A DNA stretch of 64,000 bases, taken from positions 64,001 to 128,000 of IMG/VR virus record IMGVR_UViG_3300008448_000004, one strand, 5' to 3'. The stretch is from a virus. The notes under the pieces are model-generated. The model was given only the letters and a program-made list of their open reading frames with translations, did not search any database and had not been told where the DNA came from. Each line of letters begins with the position of its first letter. Positions within the stretch are counted from its first letter, which is position 1. This document shows positions 45,574-56,318 of the stretch, in pieces. The position numbers and the translations under genes are program-made.

Positions 45574-46962
45574 TTACTGAGATGGTCCTTGTAACTCAAA
45601 AAATTTCTTACTTAGAAAATCTCTCTCATCTTTGTTAAAGAGCATCGGATTACCGGATCCTGATTGAGTACTGCCAGATGGGAAGATAACATCGTCTCCT
45701 AACTCCTTATCTTGTATATCTATCGCTCCGGTAGAGGTATCCACTACTGCAGGATAGGTCATTCCATCCATACCGTATCTATTTTTCATAATATGAAAGC
45801 GACCTGTACCTCCAACTTTGTCTTGACGCTTTCTAGAAAGAGACATTGCAAAGTCAGCAATCATAATCTTATCGTATGAACCTGCTGCTTTATCTCCCTC
45901 GATAATTTCGTCTTTTGCACCTGCGCGATTAACTTGAGATACGGTCCAGATCGGTATTTTTAGTTCTCTAGCAAGTCCTTTTGAAGCGGTATATACGTCG
46001 TCAATCTCGTCTTTTCTCTCTGAGATTTTTCTAGGTGATCTTAGAAGATCAACATAGTCGATAATTACTAAGTCAGGCTTATACCCTAGATCGGTACATT
46101 TACGTATGTGCGATTCTATAGTGTTTATCGTAGCTTTACCCATAGGGTATTCTTTAATAATTAACTTCCCTGGTAAGGACTGTATAGTCTGTGCTACTTG
46201 TTCTCTATGTAAGTCTATTTGATCGACGGGTATCTTAGTGAAGAAAGCATCGTAACGTTTACCGACATATGATTGTGAAAGCTCTAGGGTGTAGTGTACT
46301 ACTACTAATCCCATTTGTACAGCAGATGCTCCCATATGTACAAGCGACCAGCTCTTACCTCCTCCTGGATTACCGAATATCAATCCGAAATCGCCAGAAC
46401 CTAGTCCTCCAGCTAGTAGTCTATCTACAACAGGCCATCCTGTAGCTACCGGACTTCTTTCTTCACCTCTATACCTTGTTTCGATATCTTTAAGGTACTC
46501 ATGTCCTATATTCTTATCCTGACCTGCTTTTAGAGCTGAGTCGACAAGTACTCGAATTTCATCGTAATTGCCTATATTTAAAAGGTCGACTGAAGAGAGG
46601 AGTGCTTTCTTTAGCTGTTGATTCTTACAGAAGTTCGAGAATTCTTGTTCTACATACTCTTGATCATCGTAGGTAGCTTTATAAGCTTCCTTCAATTGCT
46701 CGACGACAGTGGTCTTAAGTACTTCGTTATCTATCTTCTTAACTTCAATCTTAAGGGAATCTAGCGTAGGAGTTGTATTGTACTTATAGTAGTATCTTAA
46801 TAACTCTTTGACTACCCACTTGTGACTTGGATTATCGAAGTAGTCTTCGTCTAAGACATCGTGAATATTTTGTAGAAATTCTTTATGTTTCAGCAGTGAG
46901 GCTATAACCTTTATTTGAAACGAATTTCCATAACTTGATAACTGGTGGAGTGCTGTTGGCAT
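45574..46962 (-). CDS. DnaB/gp41-like replicative helicase
   Basis: GNPGGGKS, TLELS, IIDYVD, SQVNR, KNRYG. Confidence 0.92.
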   Translation of the reverse strand: MPTALHQLSSYGNSFQIKVIASLLKHKEFLQNIHDVLDEDYFDNPSHKWVVKELLRYYYKYNTTPTLDSLKIEVKKIDNEVLKTTVVEQLKEAYKATYDDQEYVEQEFSNFCKNQQLKKALLSSVDLLNIGNYDEIRVLVDSALKAGQDKNIGHEYLKDIETRYRGEERSPVATGWPVVDRLLAGGLGSGDFGLIFGNPGGGKSWSLVHMGASAVQMGLVVVHYTLELSQSYVGKRYDAFFTKIPVDQIDLHREQVAQTIQSLPGKLIIKEYPMGKATINTIESHIRKCTDLGYKPDLVIIDYVDLLRSPRKISERKDEIDDVYTASKGLARELKIPIWTVSQVNRAGAKDEIIEGDKAAGSYDKIMIADFAMSLSRKRQDKVGGTGRFHIMKNRYGMDGMTYPAVVDTSTGAIDIQDKELGDDVIFPSGSTQSGSGNPMLFNKDERDFLSKKFFELQGPSQ

Positions 46963-46975
46963 ATTTTATTTTAGA

Positions 46976-47170
46976 TTATTCAAAAAGAACAAAAGTGAGG
47001 CCGAGAGGTAGAATGGACTTAAATTTGTCATCTGAATGGATCTCTATAATCTGTTCAGGGTAGAAGAATTTAACTTCTGCGTTTCTGTAGAGAGTAGCTT
47101 TACTGTCAGGGTCATTGTAGTTAGTAATAGAAACTCTTTTCTGATCTACGTTGTAAACTAATTTAAACAT
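46976..47170 (-). CDS. hypothetical protein
   Basis: 64-aa ORF. Confidence 0.5.
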   Translation of the reverse strand: MFKLVYNVDQKRVSITNYNDPDSKATLYRNAEVKFFYPEQIIEIHSDDKFKSILPLGLTFVLFE

Positions 47171-47216
47171 ATAGCTTTTATTTTTTCTGTAATTTAAAAT
47201 AACTAATTCTATTCAA

Positions 47217-48299
47217 TTATCCAACTTTCTTCTTGTAGGCTTTTAGGTAAGTGAAGGTATCATGTAACCACATTTGGGGATTAGCAATACTCCCTCCTAG
47301 CATATCTTCATTGTACATCCTCAAGAAAGCGGCGTTGTTCATATCCTGTTGAGGGTCGTCTAGAACACTTCTTATAAGTTCTTTATTTTCTTCTGAAATT
47401 AAAGGTTCGTGTAGGTTCATTAGAGTCTCGTTTATCTCTAACTGCTTCCTGTATTGAAGTATGCTACCGTAGAGTTTATTTTGCTCTAATCGCTCTTCTG
47501 ATGCTTCTAGTATGTGAGGTAGTGTGTACCTTGTTGACTGTTTAAACTCTGGAAAAAGTTTAAGTATCTTTTTTGCTTGAAGGCCTCTAATACCGGGTAC
47601 ATTATCTGATTGATCTCCTGCAAGTATTTTATAGTTTAAGTAATTTTGAGGAGTAATACCTAATTCATCTACCACTGCTTTAGGAGAGTAGAATTTCTTC
47701 TTTATAGGACTGTACAGCGTTACTCTGTCGTTGACAAGCTGTAAGTAGTCTTTATCGGAAGATACGATGTATACTTCTTCTTCTAACTGTTTAGATAAAT
47801 ACCCGATTACATCGTCTGCTTCTACCTTATCTACTATAAGTAAATCAACAGGGAGTTGTCTTAGGTAGTCTATCAGCCTTACAATCTGGTTTGTTATAGC
47901 TTCTGATTCTTCTTCCTTCGTATCAAACCCGTCCCAGTTGGTAACTCTGGTTAACTTTCTATTAGCTTTGTATTCAGGGTAGAGGTTTCGTTTTGCTGTA
48001 GATCCTCCTAGTCCATCGAATACTAAAATAACTCGAGTTGGTTTTATAGTTCGGATAACAAATCCTATAGACTTTAAGTACCCGGTTAGACCTCCTATAT
48101 GGTGACCGTGAGCATTCAAATGCTTCACCATTACAAAGGATCTTAAAAAGGTGTTCATGCTATCGATTAAGAGAACCCTGCTATGTAAATGCAGGGTCTC
48201 TTGTTTCGATTCTTTTAGGCTATTAAATATAGCTTGGTATTCTTTATTCACTGTCGGATGCTTCAAATATGTCTTTAATATCTTCTTCTGTCTCTTCAA
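47217..48299 (-). CDS. 5'-3' exonuclease / flap endonuclease (T4 RNase H-like)
   Basis: LIDSMN, VFDG, YKANR, EADD, SSDKD, GDQSDNVPG. Confidence 0.92.
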   Translation of the reverse strand: MKRQKKILKTYLKHPTVNKEYQAIFNSLKESKQETLHLHSRVLLIDSMNTFLRSFVMVKHLNAHGHHIGGLTGYLKSIGFVIRTIKPTRVILVFDGLGGSTAKRNLYPEYKANRKLTRVTNWDGFDTKEEESEAITNQIVRLIDYLRQLPVDLLIVDKVEADDVIGYLSKQLEEEVYIVSSDKDYLQLVNDRVTLYSPIKKKFYSPKAVVDELGITPQNYLNYKILAGDQSDNVPGIRGLQAKKILKLFPEFKQSTRYTLPHILEASEERLEQNKLYGSILQYRKQLEINETLMNLHEPLISEENKELIRSVLDDPQQDMNNAAFLRMYNEDMLGGSIANPQMWLHDTFTYLKAYKKKVG

Positions 48300-49320
48300 C
48301 TACGTCAAAATCTTTACTGCCTAGTATCTGCAGCCATTCCTTTGAGTGTTCTTTTTTATAATTATCAATCGCTTTCTTATCATCAGGAATAAACCCGTGT
48401 ACAGTCATGATAATTCTACCTTCAGTTGTTACACCGGTAATATGGTTCTTATCACAGCTAACTTTTGTTCTCTTAGCAAACTCAACGTTCTTACCGTTTT
48501 TAGTTGCTTTGATCTTATTAGTACCACTGTTAGATACATTACCGAATGTAATAATAAGTGAAGCGTCGAAGAACATGGTATCACCTCCTTTATTCTTCAT
48601 CTTAGGTTGCTCCATCGGACTTCCGGGTTTTGCAACCCAGATCTTATTTACAGCAAGTAAGGTGTTAGTAAAAGGTTGAGATTCTTTTCTGGATAGTACA
48701 ATCTTCTGATTGATAAAGTTCCCGAATTGTTGAGACATTGCTCCGGCGTTCCATTCGTTATTGTTCTTGTTGGATTCAACCGAAAGTCGGGATGGTATAC
48801 TTCCTACAGAGTCCCATAAGAATAACAGGTCGTAAGGTAGGTTACCTTTCTTCTGCTCATCTAAAAGATCTGCGATAAAAGCTGCTACATCCTCGATAGT
48901 ATTTAAGGATGATCTATCCACATAGATAAAGAATCCTTTATAGTCTACAACTTCGCCAGTATCGGGGTCTGCAATTTCATCTACTTGAAAGCCCATCTGT
49001 TTAGCATGTTCCCAAGACCATTTCATCTCGGTTATAATGAATACAGGTAAGATACCTTTCTTCTGTGCAGACACTGCTGCTTCTAGAAGGGCGGTTGTCT
49101 TACCTGTATCAGAATGTCCTCTAAGTAGTGTAATATGGCCCATCGGTATTCCTGGGATAGATAGAACGTCTTGGTAAGATTGGGATAGTTCAATCCACTT
49201 ATCTTCTTTAAACTTTACATTCCCTACTAGGAATTTATTTTTCTTGAAACCTTCTAAATCAAATCCGCCTTTGATAGCTTTTGAAATAGTCGTATTTAAC
49301 GATTCTTTAGCTTTTGCCAT
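48244..49320 (-). CDS. RecA/UvsX-like recombinase
   Basis: GHSDTGKT, WDSVGS, NKIW, GGDTM. Confidence 0.8.
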   Translation of the reverse strand: MAKAKESLNTTISKAIKGGFDLEGFKKNKFLVGNVKFKEDKWIELSQSYQDVLSIPGIPMGHITLLRGHSDTGKTTALLEAAVSAQKKGILPVFIITEMKWSWEHAKQMGFQVDEIADPDTGEVVDYKGFFIYVDRSSLNTIEDVAAFIADLLDEQKKGNLPYDLLFLWDSVGSIPSRLSVESNKNNNEWNAGAMSQQFGNFINQKIVLSRKESQPFTNTLLAVNKIWVAKPGSPMEQPKMKNKGGDTMFFDASLIITFGNVSNSGTNKIKATKNGKNVEFAKRTKVSCDKNHITGVTTEGRIIMTVHGFIPDDKKAIDNYKKEHSKEWLQILGSKDFDVVEETEEDIKDIFEASDSE

Positions 49321-49332
49321 ATTTTGTTTTTA

Positions 49333-50181
49333 TTAGAACGGAAGGTCATTACCGGGAGTATCTTCTTTAAAAAGATCATCGAACTCTTTATCGATATCCG
49401 GCTTTTGTTTTACGTTTAGAGAATACTTACTGTTCTTAGGAGCAGCAGGCTGTGCTGTTGCTGGAGCTGGTGTTTCAGTCTCTTCCTCTTCTTCTGTAGC
49501 TTCAGTACTACCGGGGTTCAACCATTCGTAAAGACCTTGCTTAAGTTCTTCGTATGTCGGCTTTCTGTACAGCTCAATCGGATCTGGTTGTGTTTCAAGC
49601 CAGACTTTAAGCTGTTTAGCATCTTCAGAAGCAGGAGTTTGTTTAGTCTTAACACGAACTGAAGTCTTGTTAAACTGACGTCCGCTCTGATCAGGACCTA
49701 CTGTCTCTACGATAAGATCGCGACCTTGGTAAGTATCGGTGTAATCTCCTACATCTTCGTCTTCTGCTACAGCAAGAAGCTCCATATAAACCTCTTTACC
49801 GAATTCCCAAAGACGTACGCCCTTGTCTTCTTCGCCTCTAACGATAACTGGTGCAAATACTCTCATCTTCGGTTCTAGCTTTTTAGCTAGTTTAAAATTC
49901 TCAACCGTGTAAGTTTGCTTTTTCAAGCTTTCTGAAAACTCTACGATTGGGTCTTTCTCTCCGAAGTTAACAAGAGAGATCATAGTACGGTTGTTAATAC
50001 CGTAGTGGAAAAAGACTTCCTTAAAAGGATTTTCTTTATTCCATTTGGCAGGAAGCATCCTTACCTGGAATTTGCCAATTGGCGCTTTCCAAATTGACTC
50101 AGCGATCTTGCTTTTGCCACCGCCACCGCGGGTTTGCAAGCTGGCCAATTTTTGCTTAATTAAACTTACGTTCATAGCCAT
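49333..50181 (-). CDS. single-stranded DNA-binding protein (T4 gp32-like)
   Basis: WK..G...VR.LP..NPF, DPI.E, LWEFGKEVY, GRD; acidic tail DDLF..DLPF. Confidence 0.8.
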   Translation of the reverse strand: MAMNVSLIKQKLASLQTRGGGGKSKIAESIWKAPIGKFQVRMLPAKWNKENPFKEVFFHYGINNRTMISLVNFGEKDPIVEFSESLKKQTYTVENFKLAKKLEPKMRVFAPVIVRGEEDKGVRLWEFGKEVYMELLAVAEDEDVGDYTDTYQGRDLIVETVGPDQSGRQFNKTSVRVKTKQTPASEDAKQLKVWLETQPDPIELYRKPTYEELKQGLYEWLNPGSTEATEEEEETETPAPATAQPAAPKNSKYSLNVKQKPDIDKEFDDLFKEDTPGNDLPF

Positions 50182-50259
50182 TTTGATGTATTTTAAAATT
50201 AAAAGTGAACATATATCTTAAACTAAGATAATGAAAAAAATGATAACAGCCAACTTTTT

Positions 50260-50682
50260 TTAGAGGCTAATTATCTTATGTATCTTAGTGCTTAGGAGGC
50301 GGATATCATCTCCCTGTGTTAGTAGTACTGTATTTTTATAATCCGCCCATGAAATTCTATAGCTTGTATCTAGAATCCCTTCGTTTAACTGCCTTATTAG
50401 AATGTTTAAGGCATTAATAGTATACAGTGTGTTTGATTCTTTCTTTCTGTGAAGAAGGATCGTATTGTTGAGAATATAAGGAGTTGTATTTTCTGTATCA
50501 ATATTATATGTGCAGAGCAAATCCGTACAATCCTTAGACTCTAATACAAATATTTTATTGTACAGAATCTTATAGTGGGATTTAATCTGATCGAGAGTAG
50601 TGTCTAAACTCTCCTTTGATGTGAATGTACAAAACAGTCTATTCATATAATCAATACCGCTGTAGTCGAAATTATCTATCAT
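50260..50682 (-). CDS. hypothetical protein
   Basis: 140-aa ORF. Confidence 0.6.
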   Translation of the reverse strand: MIDNFDYSGIDYMNRLFCTFTSKESLDTTLDQIKSHYKILYNKIFVLESKDCTDLLCTYNIDTENTTPYILNNTILLHRKKESNTLYTINALNILIRQLNEGILDTSYRISWADYKNTVLLTQGDDIRLLSTKIHKIISL

Positions 50683-52010
50683 AAATAGTTGGTTTTCATT
50701 AAAGAATCGTAATCCTTACCGTACTTTGCTTTTACCGGATATTTACTTTCTCGCAAGAGGCTAACAATCTCTAGCAGGAGTTCTTTTCCGTCCTCTACGT
50801 TAAAATCTAATAAGAAAGAGTCGTATACTACTAGGCTTATAAAACTCTTCTTCCCTTCTAATATAGCTTGAAGTTTTGTCAGTAATTCTACGTTTGTTTT
50901 AGTTTCTAAATTTTGTATAAAGTAATTAAATAGTTTGAGTAAGTATATGTCTTCGGATACTTGTAAGGTTCGTCCAGTCGGTAATTGAACTCCTTTCCCG
51001 TACTGGTATGTATTCCAAAGATCATCAAGGTAGGTGCTTAGAGCTTTGTAGAAAGGAATCTCTCTATACTCTTCTTTAATGCCTCCGTATATGTTTTGGA
51101 AGGTTATTTGCTTAGCTTCCTTATATTCTTCTTCTGTGATAGTATCTCTGTTAAAGTACTGTTTTGCAAAATATGTATGAATCGATTGATCTTCTGGTAA
51201 TTCGAAGTTAATCAAATTAGCAATAAGTCTTACGTGGTATGCATCAAAATCAAACTCGACAAAGTAATGGTTCTGAGGTATGAAGCATTTTCTAGAGTGG
51301 TTTTCTTTATTTAGGGCTAGAAAGTTAATACCGTTGAATGCATTTGTAGGTCTCGCAGTTACATTGTACAGGTTATAGTTTGTATATATTATCTGATCTT
51401 CGTAAGAATCTGTTATACTGTGCGGAGTAAAAAATTCTCCAAAGCATTGAGTATCTATTTTAAGTCCTGCTTCTTCTACCTTTTTATAAACTTTTTCGTA
51501 TTGAGAATAAAATTCTAGATCTAAACGAAAAGTCTTAATACAGGTCTCAACTTTAATATAAAGCTCTTCCCAGTATTCGTAGAGTTTCGATATCGGTATA
51601 ACTCTGTTTATATCTTTGTAAACACCGGTGTATCGTTGATAGTAGATGTTTATAAGGGGTGAATCTCCCCTATTCTCCATAGGTTTCTCCCCTCTTTCTA
51701 AAAAACAATAATTGAGGTCTATTAAAGAAAGATCTAAGTAATATGAATGGTATTTACTGTTTAAACAGTATATCTTACTAGCTTTCGATAGTACCTTAAC
51801 TACTTCGAGTATATTAAGTGAAAAGCCTTCCGAATGATCTAGAACTACAATATATCCTTTGTTTTCCGATACGGGACGTATGTAAAGTAGAGAAGGTTTT
51901 GCTAGACGGGGATGCTGATTATCGTTATTAGAGATTAGATTTATGAAGCATGAATCTAGCTTCTCTCCTAACTTTTCTAACTGTTCTTGAGTTTCTACTA
52001 TGTAGTGCAT
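50679..52010 (-). CDS. second, divergent family A polymerase-like protein
   Basis: TARP, DFDAYHVRLIA (A), EAKQITFQNIYGG (B), NYFIQ, VYDSFL (C); no clear exonuclease motifs. Confidence 0.75.
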   Translation of the reverse strand: MHYIVETQEQLEKLGEKLDSCFINLISNNDNQHPRLAKPSLLYIRPVSENKGYIVVLDHSEGFSLNILEVVKVLSKASKIYCLNSKYHSYYLDLSLIDLNYCFLERGEKPMENRGDSPLINIYYQRYTGVYKDINRVIPISKLYEYWEELYIKVETCIKTFRLDLEFYSQYEKVYKKVEEAGLKIDTQCFGEFFTPHSITDSYEDQIIYTNYNLYNVTARPTNAFNGINFLALNKENHSRKCFIPQNHYFVEFDFDAYHVRLIANLINFELPEDQSIHTYFAKQYFNRDTITEEEYKEAKQITFQNIYGGIKEEYREIPFYKALSTYLDDLWNTYQYGKGVQLPTGRTLQVSEDIYLLKLFNYFIQNLETKTNVELLTKLQAILEGKKSFISLVVYDSFLLDFNVEDGKELLLEIVSLLRESKYPVKAKYGKDYDSLMKTNYL

Positions 52011-52053
52011 TAACCTTTATTTACAATAAAAATATAGAAGTTATTTCTACTTA

Positions 52054-52716
52054 TCAACTTTTACTTGGTACCGCAAACTTGCTATACTCTTCACCGATAT
52101 AAGTCTTTAATCCAGGAAAAGTTTTATCTTTAGTCTCCACAAGTCTTTTATTCGTATCTACGATACCAGCAACAGGGTATTGCTTATTTACTCTATCGTC
52201 CTTTAGAGGTCCTGTTAGCTTCCAAAATAAGTCTATAACTTGATAAAGATAATCTTGTAGTCTAGACTTTCTATTCCTCATAGTATCATAATTCTCTTTT
52301 GAAATCTCTATAATGTTAGAAGATTCATTTACTTTTTTTGCAAAGTACCTTAAAAAATAACCTCGTTCATAATCCTCCTGGGTGGGTTGTGGGTAGTAGG
52401 GAGTCAACTCTCTTAAGACAACTCCATAAGCGTCTGTATCAGGCTCTCCTTGTGCGAGAGAAACATTTTTAATTTGTTCGTAGCTCAATACAGCGTCTAG
52501 GTCAAACTTACCAGTGCTAACTGATAAATTAGAGGCGGTTTCTATCGGTGTAAGTTTTACATTAGCGTTACTATCAAAAGGATCTGATCCTGTAAAAAAT
52601 TTTCCATCAAAAGTCTTATAATAAGAACCTCTGTATTCTTCTCCTTTTATTGTAAATTCACCTCCGGTTGTTACCTGGTTTGTTATTATTCTGTTTTTAG
52701 GATAATATCTAATCAT
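52054..52716 (-). CDS. conserved phage protein, probable baseplate-associated
   Basis: Position at the end of the baseplate run; no enzyme motif. Confidence 0.45.
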   Translation of the reverse strand: MIRYYPKNRIITNQVTTGGEFTIKGEEYRGSYYKTFDGKFFTGSDPFDSNANVKLTPIETASNLSVSTGKFDLDAVLSYEQIKNVSLAQGEPDTDAYGVVLRELTPYYPQPTQEDYERGYFLRYFAKKVNESSNIIEISKENYDTMRNRKSRLQDYLYQVIDLFWKLTGPLKDDRVNKQYPVAGIVDTNKRLVETKDKTFPGLKTYIGEEYSKFAVPSKS

Positions 52717-52729
52717 ACTACATTTAGTT

Positions 52730-55700
52730 TTAACCAGTCCAGTTTATAGAAGGTAGAGTATCTTTTTTTCCACTTGCTGCAATAACATCTAGTTCTGATA
52801 GCATATCCAGTAAATTGCTTTGAGGCATCGTATCTATCTTTCTGCTAGGGTCTTGTCCTGTACCGTGTGTTACAACACAAGGTTTAGGCGCTGTTCGTAA
52901 ACCTTTATCTGGGAATAATATATCATAGCCGGGATTAAATTTGAATCCAGGAGCTAAGATACCGTCCTTGATAAAGGTTAGTAGTAGATTAGCTAATGCT
53001 GATATTTGAACGCTTGTTAGAGATTGCCATAAGTTATGTCCTCGATAAACCGGATAAGAGAGATGACACTCATCGTAAGGTATGGCTCGCTCGCCGCTAT
53101 AATTTAATATTTGACCGCTAGAAGTACACAGCAAGGCAGGACCGTAAGATTCCATTTCAATTCCTATACTATTAGCATTCATACTAGGAGATGCACCCCA
53201 AGTCGGATCACCGTAGTGGTTAGATTTCCATTTTTTAAATCCTCTAAATCCAGCTATCTTTCCTGTTCGTCCGATAGTAAAATCAGCACTGGCAGGGTTT
53301 ACATCTACGGATCTATTCCAGGTGTTTTGATAGTGTGTTAGCGGATTGTCGTAACTCGATACCGTGTAGTGTATGGTTACATATTTAAAGATGCCGCTGG
53401 CATTACCTTTTGCTGCTCTGGTCCAAGTCTTTCCATCGGTAATAGATGCCATTTGGAAAGCAAAAGGTTGATTATTATAGTCTGATGCTTTTTCTTTACA
53501 GTTGAGTACGGCTTGAACTGGAACTCCTTGAGCAGCTGTTCTTAGAGGAAAAGTTTTCTTTACATCAGCCCATTTCTTAACACCGATTTTTCCACGTTCT
53601 GCTGCGGGAACATACTTATTAATATCCTCCAGGGTTGCAATTTTAAGAGCTTTGCCGGAACATTTAGCTGCTTTCTTTGTTGTACTGTAAGTCGGCGTAC
53701 CTACTACTTCTTGCTTTTCAGGTGGTTTGTAAGCTCCTTTCTTTATAGACTGGTTTAAGACAGATGCTGCTACCTTAACATTTTTAGGTAGATTAATCAT
53801 AGATCCCTTTATGGTAGTATTCCATGCGTTATTAGAAATATCATGTGTTATTCCGGATACAATAAATCCTACTTTAGGGAGTCCGTTAGTTTTGTACTTT
53901 GAAGGAAGTCTATCTCCTGGAATGCAAAATCCTTCATACAGCACCAGGTTACTTATTCCTGCCATAGTCAAGTTGATTGATATCGGCATAATACCGTTAG
54001 CACTTACTCCCATAGTCGCTCCTCCTGCTTCACCGGGGTTCGATTTAAGAAGAGTTGCAGCAGTAATGTAGTAGTTCTTAGCAGCGTCCAGATTTTGAAT
54101 TTTAACCTCTCTAGGAGCTGCTAAGGAGTTAGCAGAGTAGAATCGAAACATAAACTCATTAAAGCTTTGAGCTTCTTGTAGCACTCCAGCATTATCTACC
54201 GGTTGAACCGGCCCTGATTTTTGCTCGGTTTTTTGACCGGCATCAGTAGTTTTATTTTTCATAAGTCTGTCTACTACACCGGCATTAAACTCGGCAAAAG
54301 TAGAACCGTCTTTATTAAGGGTTGATACCTGATTGCCGGGGTCCATTGCTGTGATTGCAAGCATAGATCCTAGCTTGGTGCTAAATTCAGTATTAAGGGA
54401 GAAGCTCTTAGCAACCGAAGGTAGTCCTGTAACAGGTATTCCTTGGTATATACTCGACTCTTTACCTTTTGGGTTTGCATCTAATATCTGGTCGTCGTAT
54501 ATTGTAAGAGTATTGCTGTCGTCGTCATATCCTACTCTAAATTCATTAACATTACCTAAACTTTTTTGTACATCTGTTAGAATTTGCTCTAAAAAAGCTG
54601 CTAGAGTAACGTTAAAATTTCTATCACTATCTGTAAAATTTCTTATAACTCCTAGAAGGTAATCTACATTCAAATAGATCTCCATTATTCTTCCTTCGGT
54701 ATCACTTGCTTTATACTTGCAGTTTTTTAAAAAAGAAGAACCGAAAGGACTTCCCGTTGGTGAAAAGAGCTCTGCTGTGTTTACAGCTGTATTAGGTACA
54801 CTACCTGGGCTTACTTTGTTAATTGTGAAAAGCTTTCCGTAATCAGCATCTGATGCATCTAAGGGTACTATGCAGACTGTAGGATCGGCAGAAAACTGGT
54901 GATTAGTTCTATAACAGAGGTTATTGTTAGGATTAAAGTTTAAGTAGATTAAGGGTTTTTTCTGATTAGCGCTTTTGTTAAACTCGTAAATCATGGCCGA
55001 GTTATGTATGTAGGCTAATAGCAATCCTAGTTTGATATAGCAGTAGAGAGATTGAGAGGTGGTTGCTTCATCTCCGGTATCTCCAGATACTGAACTGAAA
55101 GGTACTAGTAGAACGCTATCTAATCCAGCAAGAGCGTTTCCGCCTGTTGATTTTCCTGTTAGTAAATATTCAGGGTCGTTTCCGTTTTGAAAAGCACTCA
55201 CTACCTCGGGTGCTGCTGTCGAACCACCAGACCATAGTCCTAACCCTGGTGCAAAGTAAGTAGTCGCAATATCCGGAATTGTTGTCTCCACAGGGGTGGG
55301 GTCAGCAGCCGTTAACGTAGTTGTTGCGATAGGTTCAGAAAGAGATCCGGTAGATCCAAATCTTAGTTTCATATCTACTAAGAATCCTTCTAGAGCAGAA
55401 GCCGGTGCAGATCTACCATCTAATAAAGCTTGGTATTGGGATACTGCATCAGCAGCCTCTCCGTTACCGGCTGAAGGAGCTCCTTCTCCGCCGCTATTTG
55501 ATCCGGCGTTTGCACTTGCTAGTAGTTGTTTTCCAATTTTTGAATCAGGGAAAGAAGATATGTTATTTATCTTCAAAGAATCTGTAACGCTACCTATACC
55601 TGTTAATTTTAAAGTACAGTCGTAACTACCATCCGGACCAACACTCCAGTTGAAGTTAGTTACTGTTCCTAACATACCGTCGTAGTTGCCGTCTGTCTTT

Positions 55701-56317
55701 CTTCTAATCTGGTAAATCTTTCTTAGAAGATCTTCTTTAGAAAGGTCTTCATCTTTAAAGACGTCCACCGTGATTGAATCATCTGCTGTATCGAAAGTGT
55801 CATTGTTCTTAATGTATGAACTATGTCCCCACTCTAATAAACAGGTAAATCCGGTTCTAAAAAATAAAGCATCTATAACATCTAACTGAGCTAGGTTATT
55901 GACTCTAAATTTAACATCAGCTACTTTAAGAGATCCTAGGGTACCTACTGTATTTATTGTTGCTGATGTGATGCCGGGCATAGGTCTGTATCCGAATTCA
56001 TCTAAAGCTTTTACTCCTATGTTGTAGGAAGCATCCCAAGATCTCAACCTAGATCCTCCACCAGCAGTCTCAATTGCTGTACCTCCAAACAGTACCCATT
56101 TTCTAGCAAGATTTACTCCACCTTCACCGAGACTTTTTACTAAGTCGCCACCAATAACGGATGCTAGAGAAGTAAGTTTGATCCAGCAGTTATTATCGGA
56201 TATAAATTCTATGTTTTTATTATCCCTAGCTTCGGTCTTAACTAGTTGTCTACTTCTAGCAAAGATCTGCCCTATAGCTTCGTTATTTATCGGAGAACCT
56301 ATTAAATTTTTTGCCAT
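52730..56317 (-). CDS. baseplate hub / tail-associated protein with C-terminal N-acetylmuramoyl-L-alanine amidase
   Basis: RPMPGIT..LEWGH..YDGMLG hub-like N-terminus; TIHYT, SIGIEM, THG, KID amidase_2 motifs. Confidence 0.7.
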   Translation of the reverse strand: MAKNLIGSPINNEAIGQIFARSRQLVKTEARDNKNIEFISDNNCWIKLTSLASVIGGDLVKSLGEGGVNLARKWVLFGGTAIETAGGGSRLRSWDASYNIGVKALDEFGYRPMPGITSATINTVGTLGSLKVADVKFRVNNLAQLDVIDALFFRTGFTCLLEWGHSSYIKNNDTFDTADDSITVDVFKDEDLSKEDLLRKIYQIRRKTDGNYDGMLGTVTNFNWSVGPDGSYDCTLKLTGIGSVTDSLKINNISSFPDSKIGKQLLASANAGSNSGGEGAPSAGNGEAADAVSQYQALLDGRSAPASALEGFLVDMKLRFGSTGSLSEPIATTTLTAADPTPVETTIPDIATTYFAPGLGLWSGGSTAAPEVVSAFQNGNDPEYLLTGKSTGGNALAGLDSVLLVPFSSVSGDTGDEATTSQSLYCYIKLGLLLAYIHNSAMIYEFNKSANQKKPLIYLNFNPNNNLCYRTNHQFSADPTVCIVPLDASDADYGKLFTINKVSPGSVPNTAVNTAELFSPTGSPFGSSFLKNCKYKASDTEGRIMEIYLNVDYLLGVIRNFTDSDRNFNVTLAAFLEQILTDVQKSLGNVNEFRVGYDDDSNTLTIYDDQILDANPKGKESSIYQGIPVTGLPSVAKSFSLNTEFSTKLGSMLAITAMDPGNQVSTLNKDGSTFAEFNAGVVDRLMKNKTTDAGQKTEQKSGPVQPVDNAGVLQEAQSFNEFMFRFYSANSLAAPREVKIQNLDAAKNYYITAATLLKSNPGEAGGATMGVSANGIMPISINLTMAGISNLVLYEGFCIPGDRLPSKYKTNGLPKVGFIVSGITHDISNNAWNTTIKGSMINLPKNVKVAASVLNQSIKKGAYKPPEKQEVVGTPTYSTTKKAAKCSGKALKIATLEDINKYVPAAERGKIGVKKWADVKKTFPLRTAAQGVPVQAVLNCKEKASDYNNQPFAFQMASITDGKTWTRAAKGNASGIFKYVTIHYTVSSYDNPLTHYQNTWNRSVDVNPASADFTIGRTGKIAGFRGFKKWKSNHYGDPTWGASPSMNANSIGIEMESYGPALLCTSSGQILNYSGERAIPYDECHLSYPVYRGHNLWQSLTSVQISALANLLLTFIKDGILAPGFKFNPGYDILFPDKGLRTAPKPCVVTHGTGQDPSRKIDTMPQSNLLDMLSELDVIAASGKKDTLPSINWTG

Positions 56318-56318
56318 A

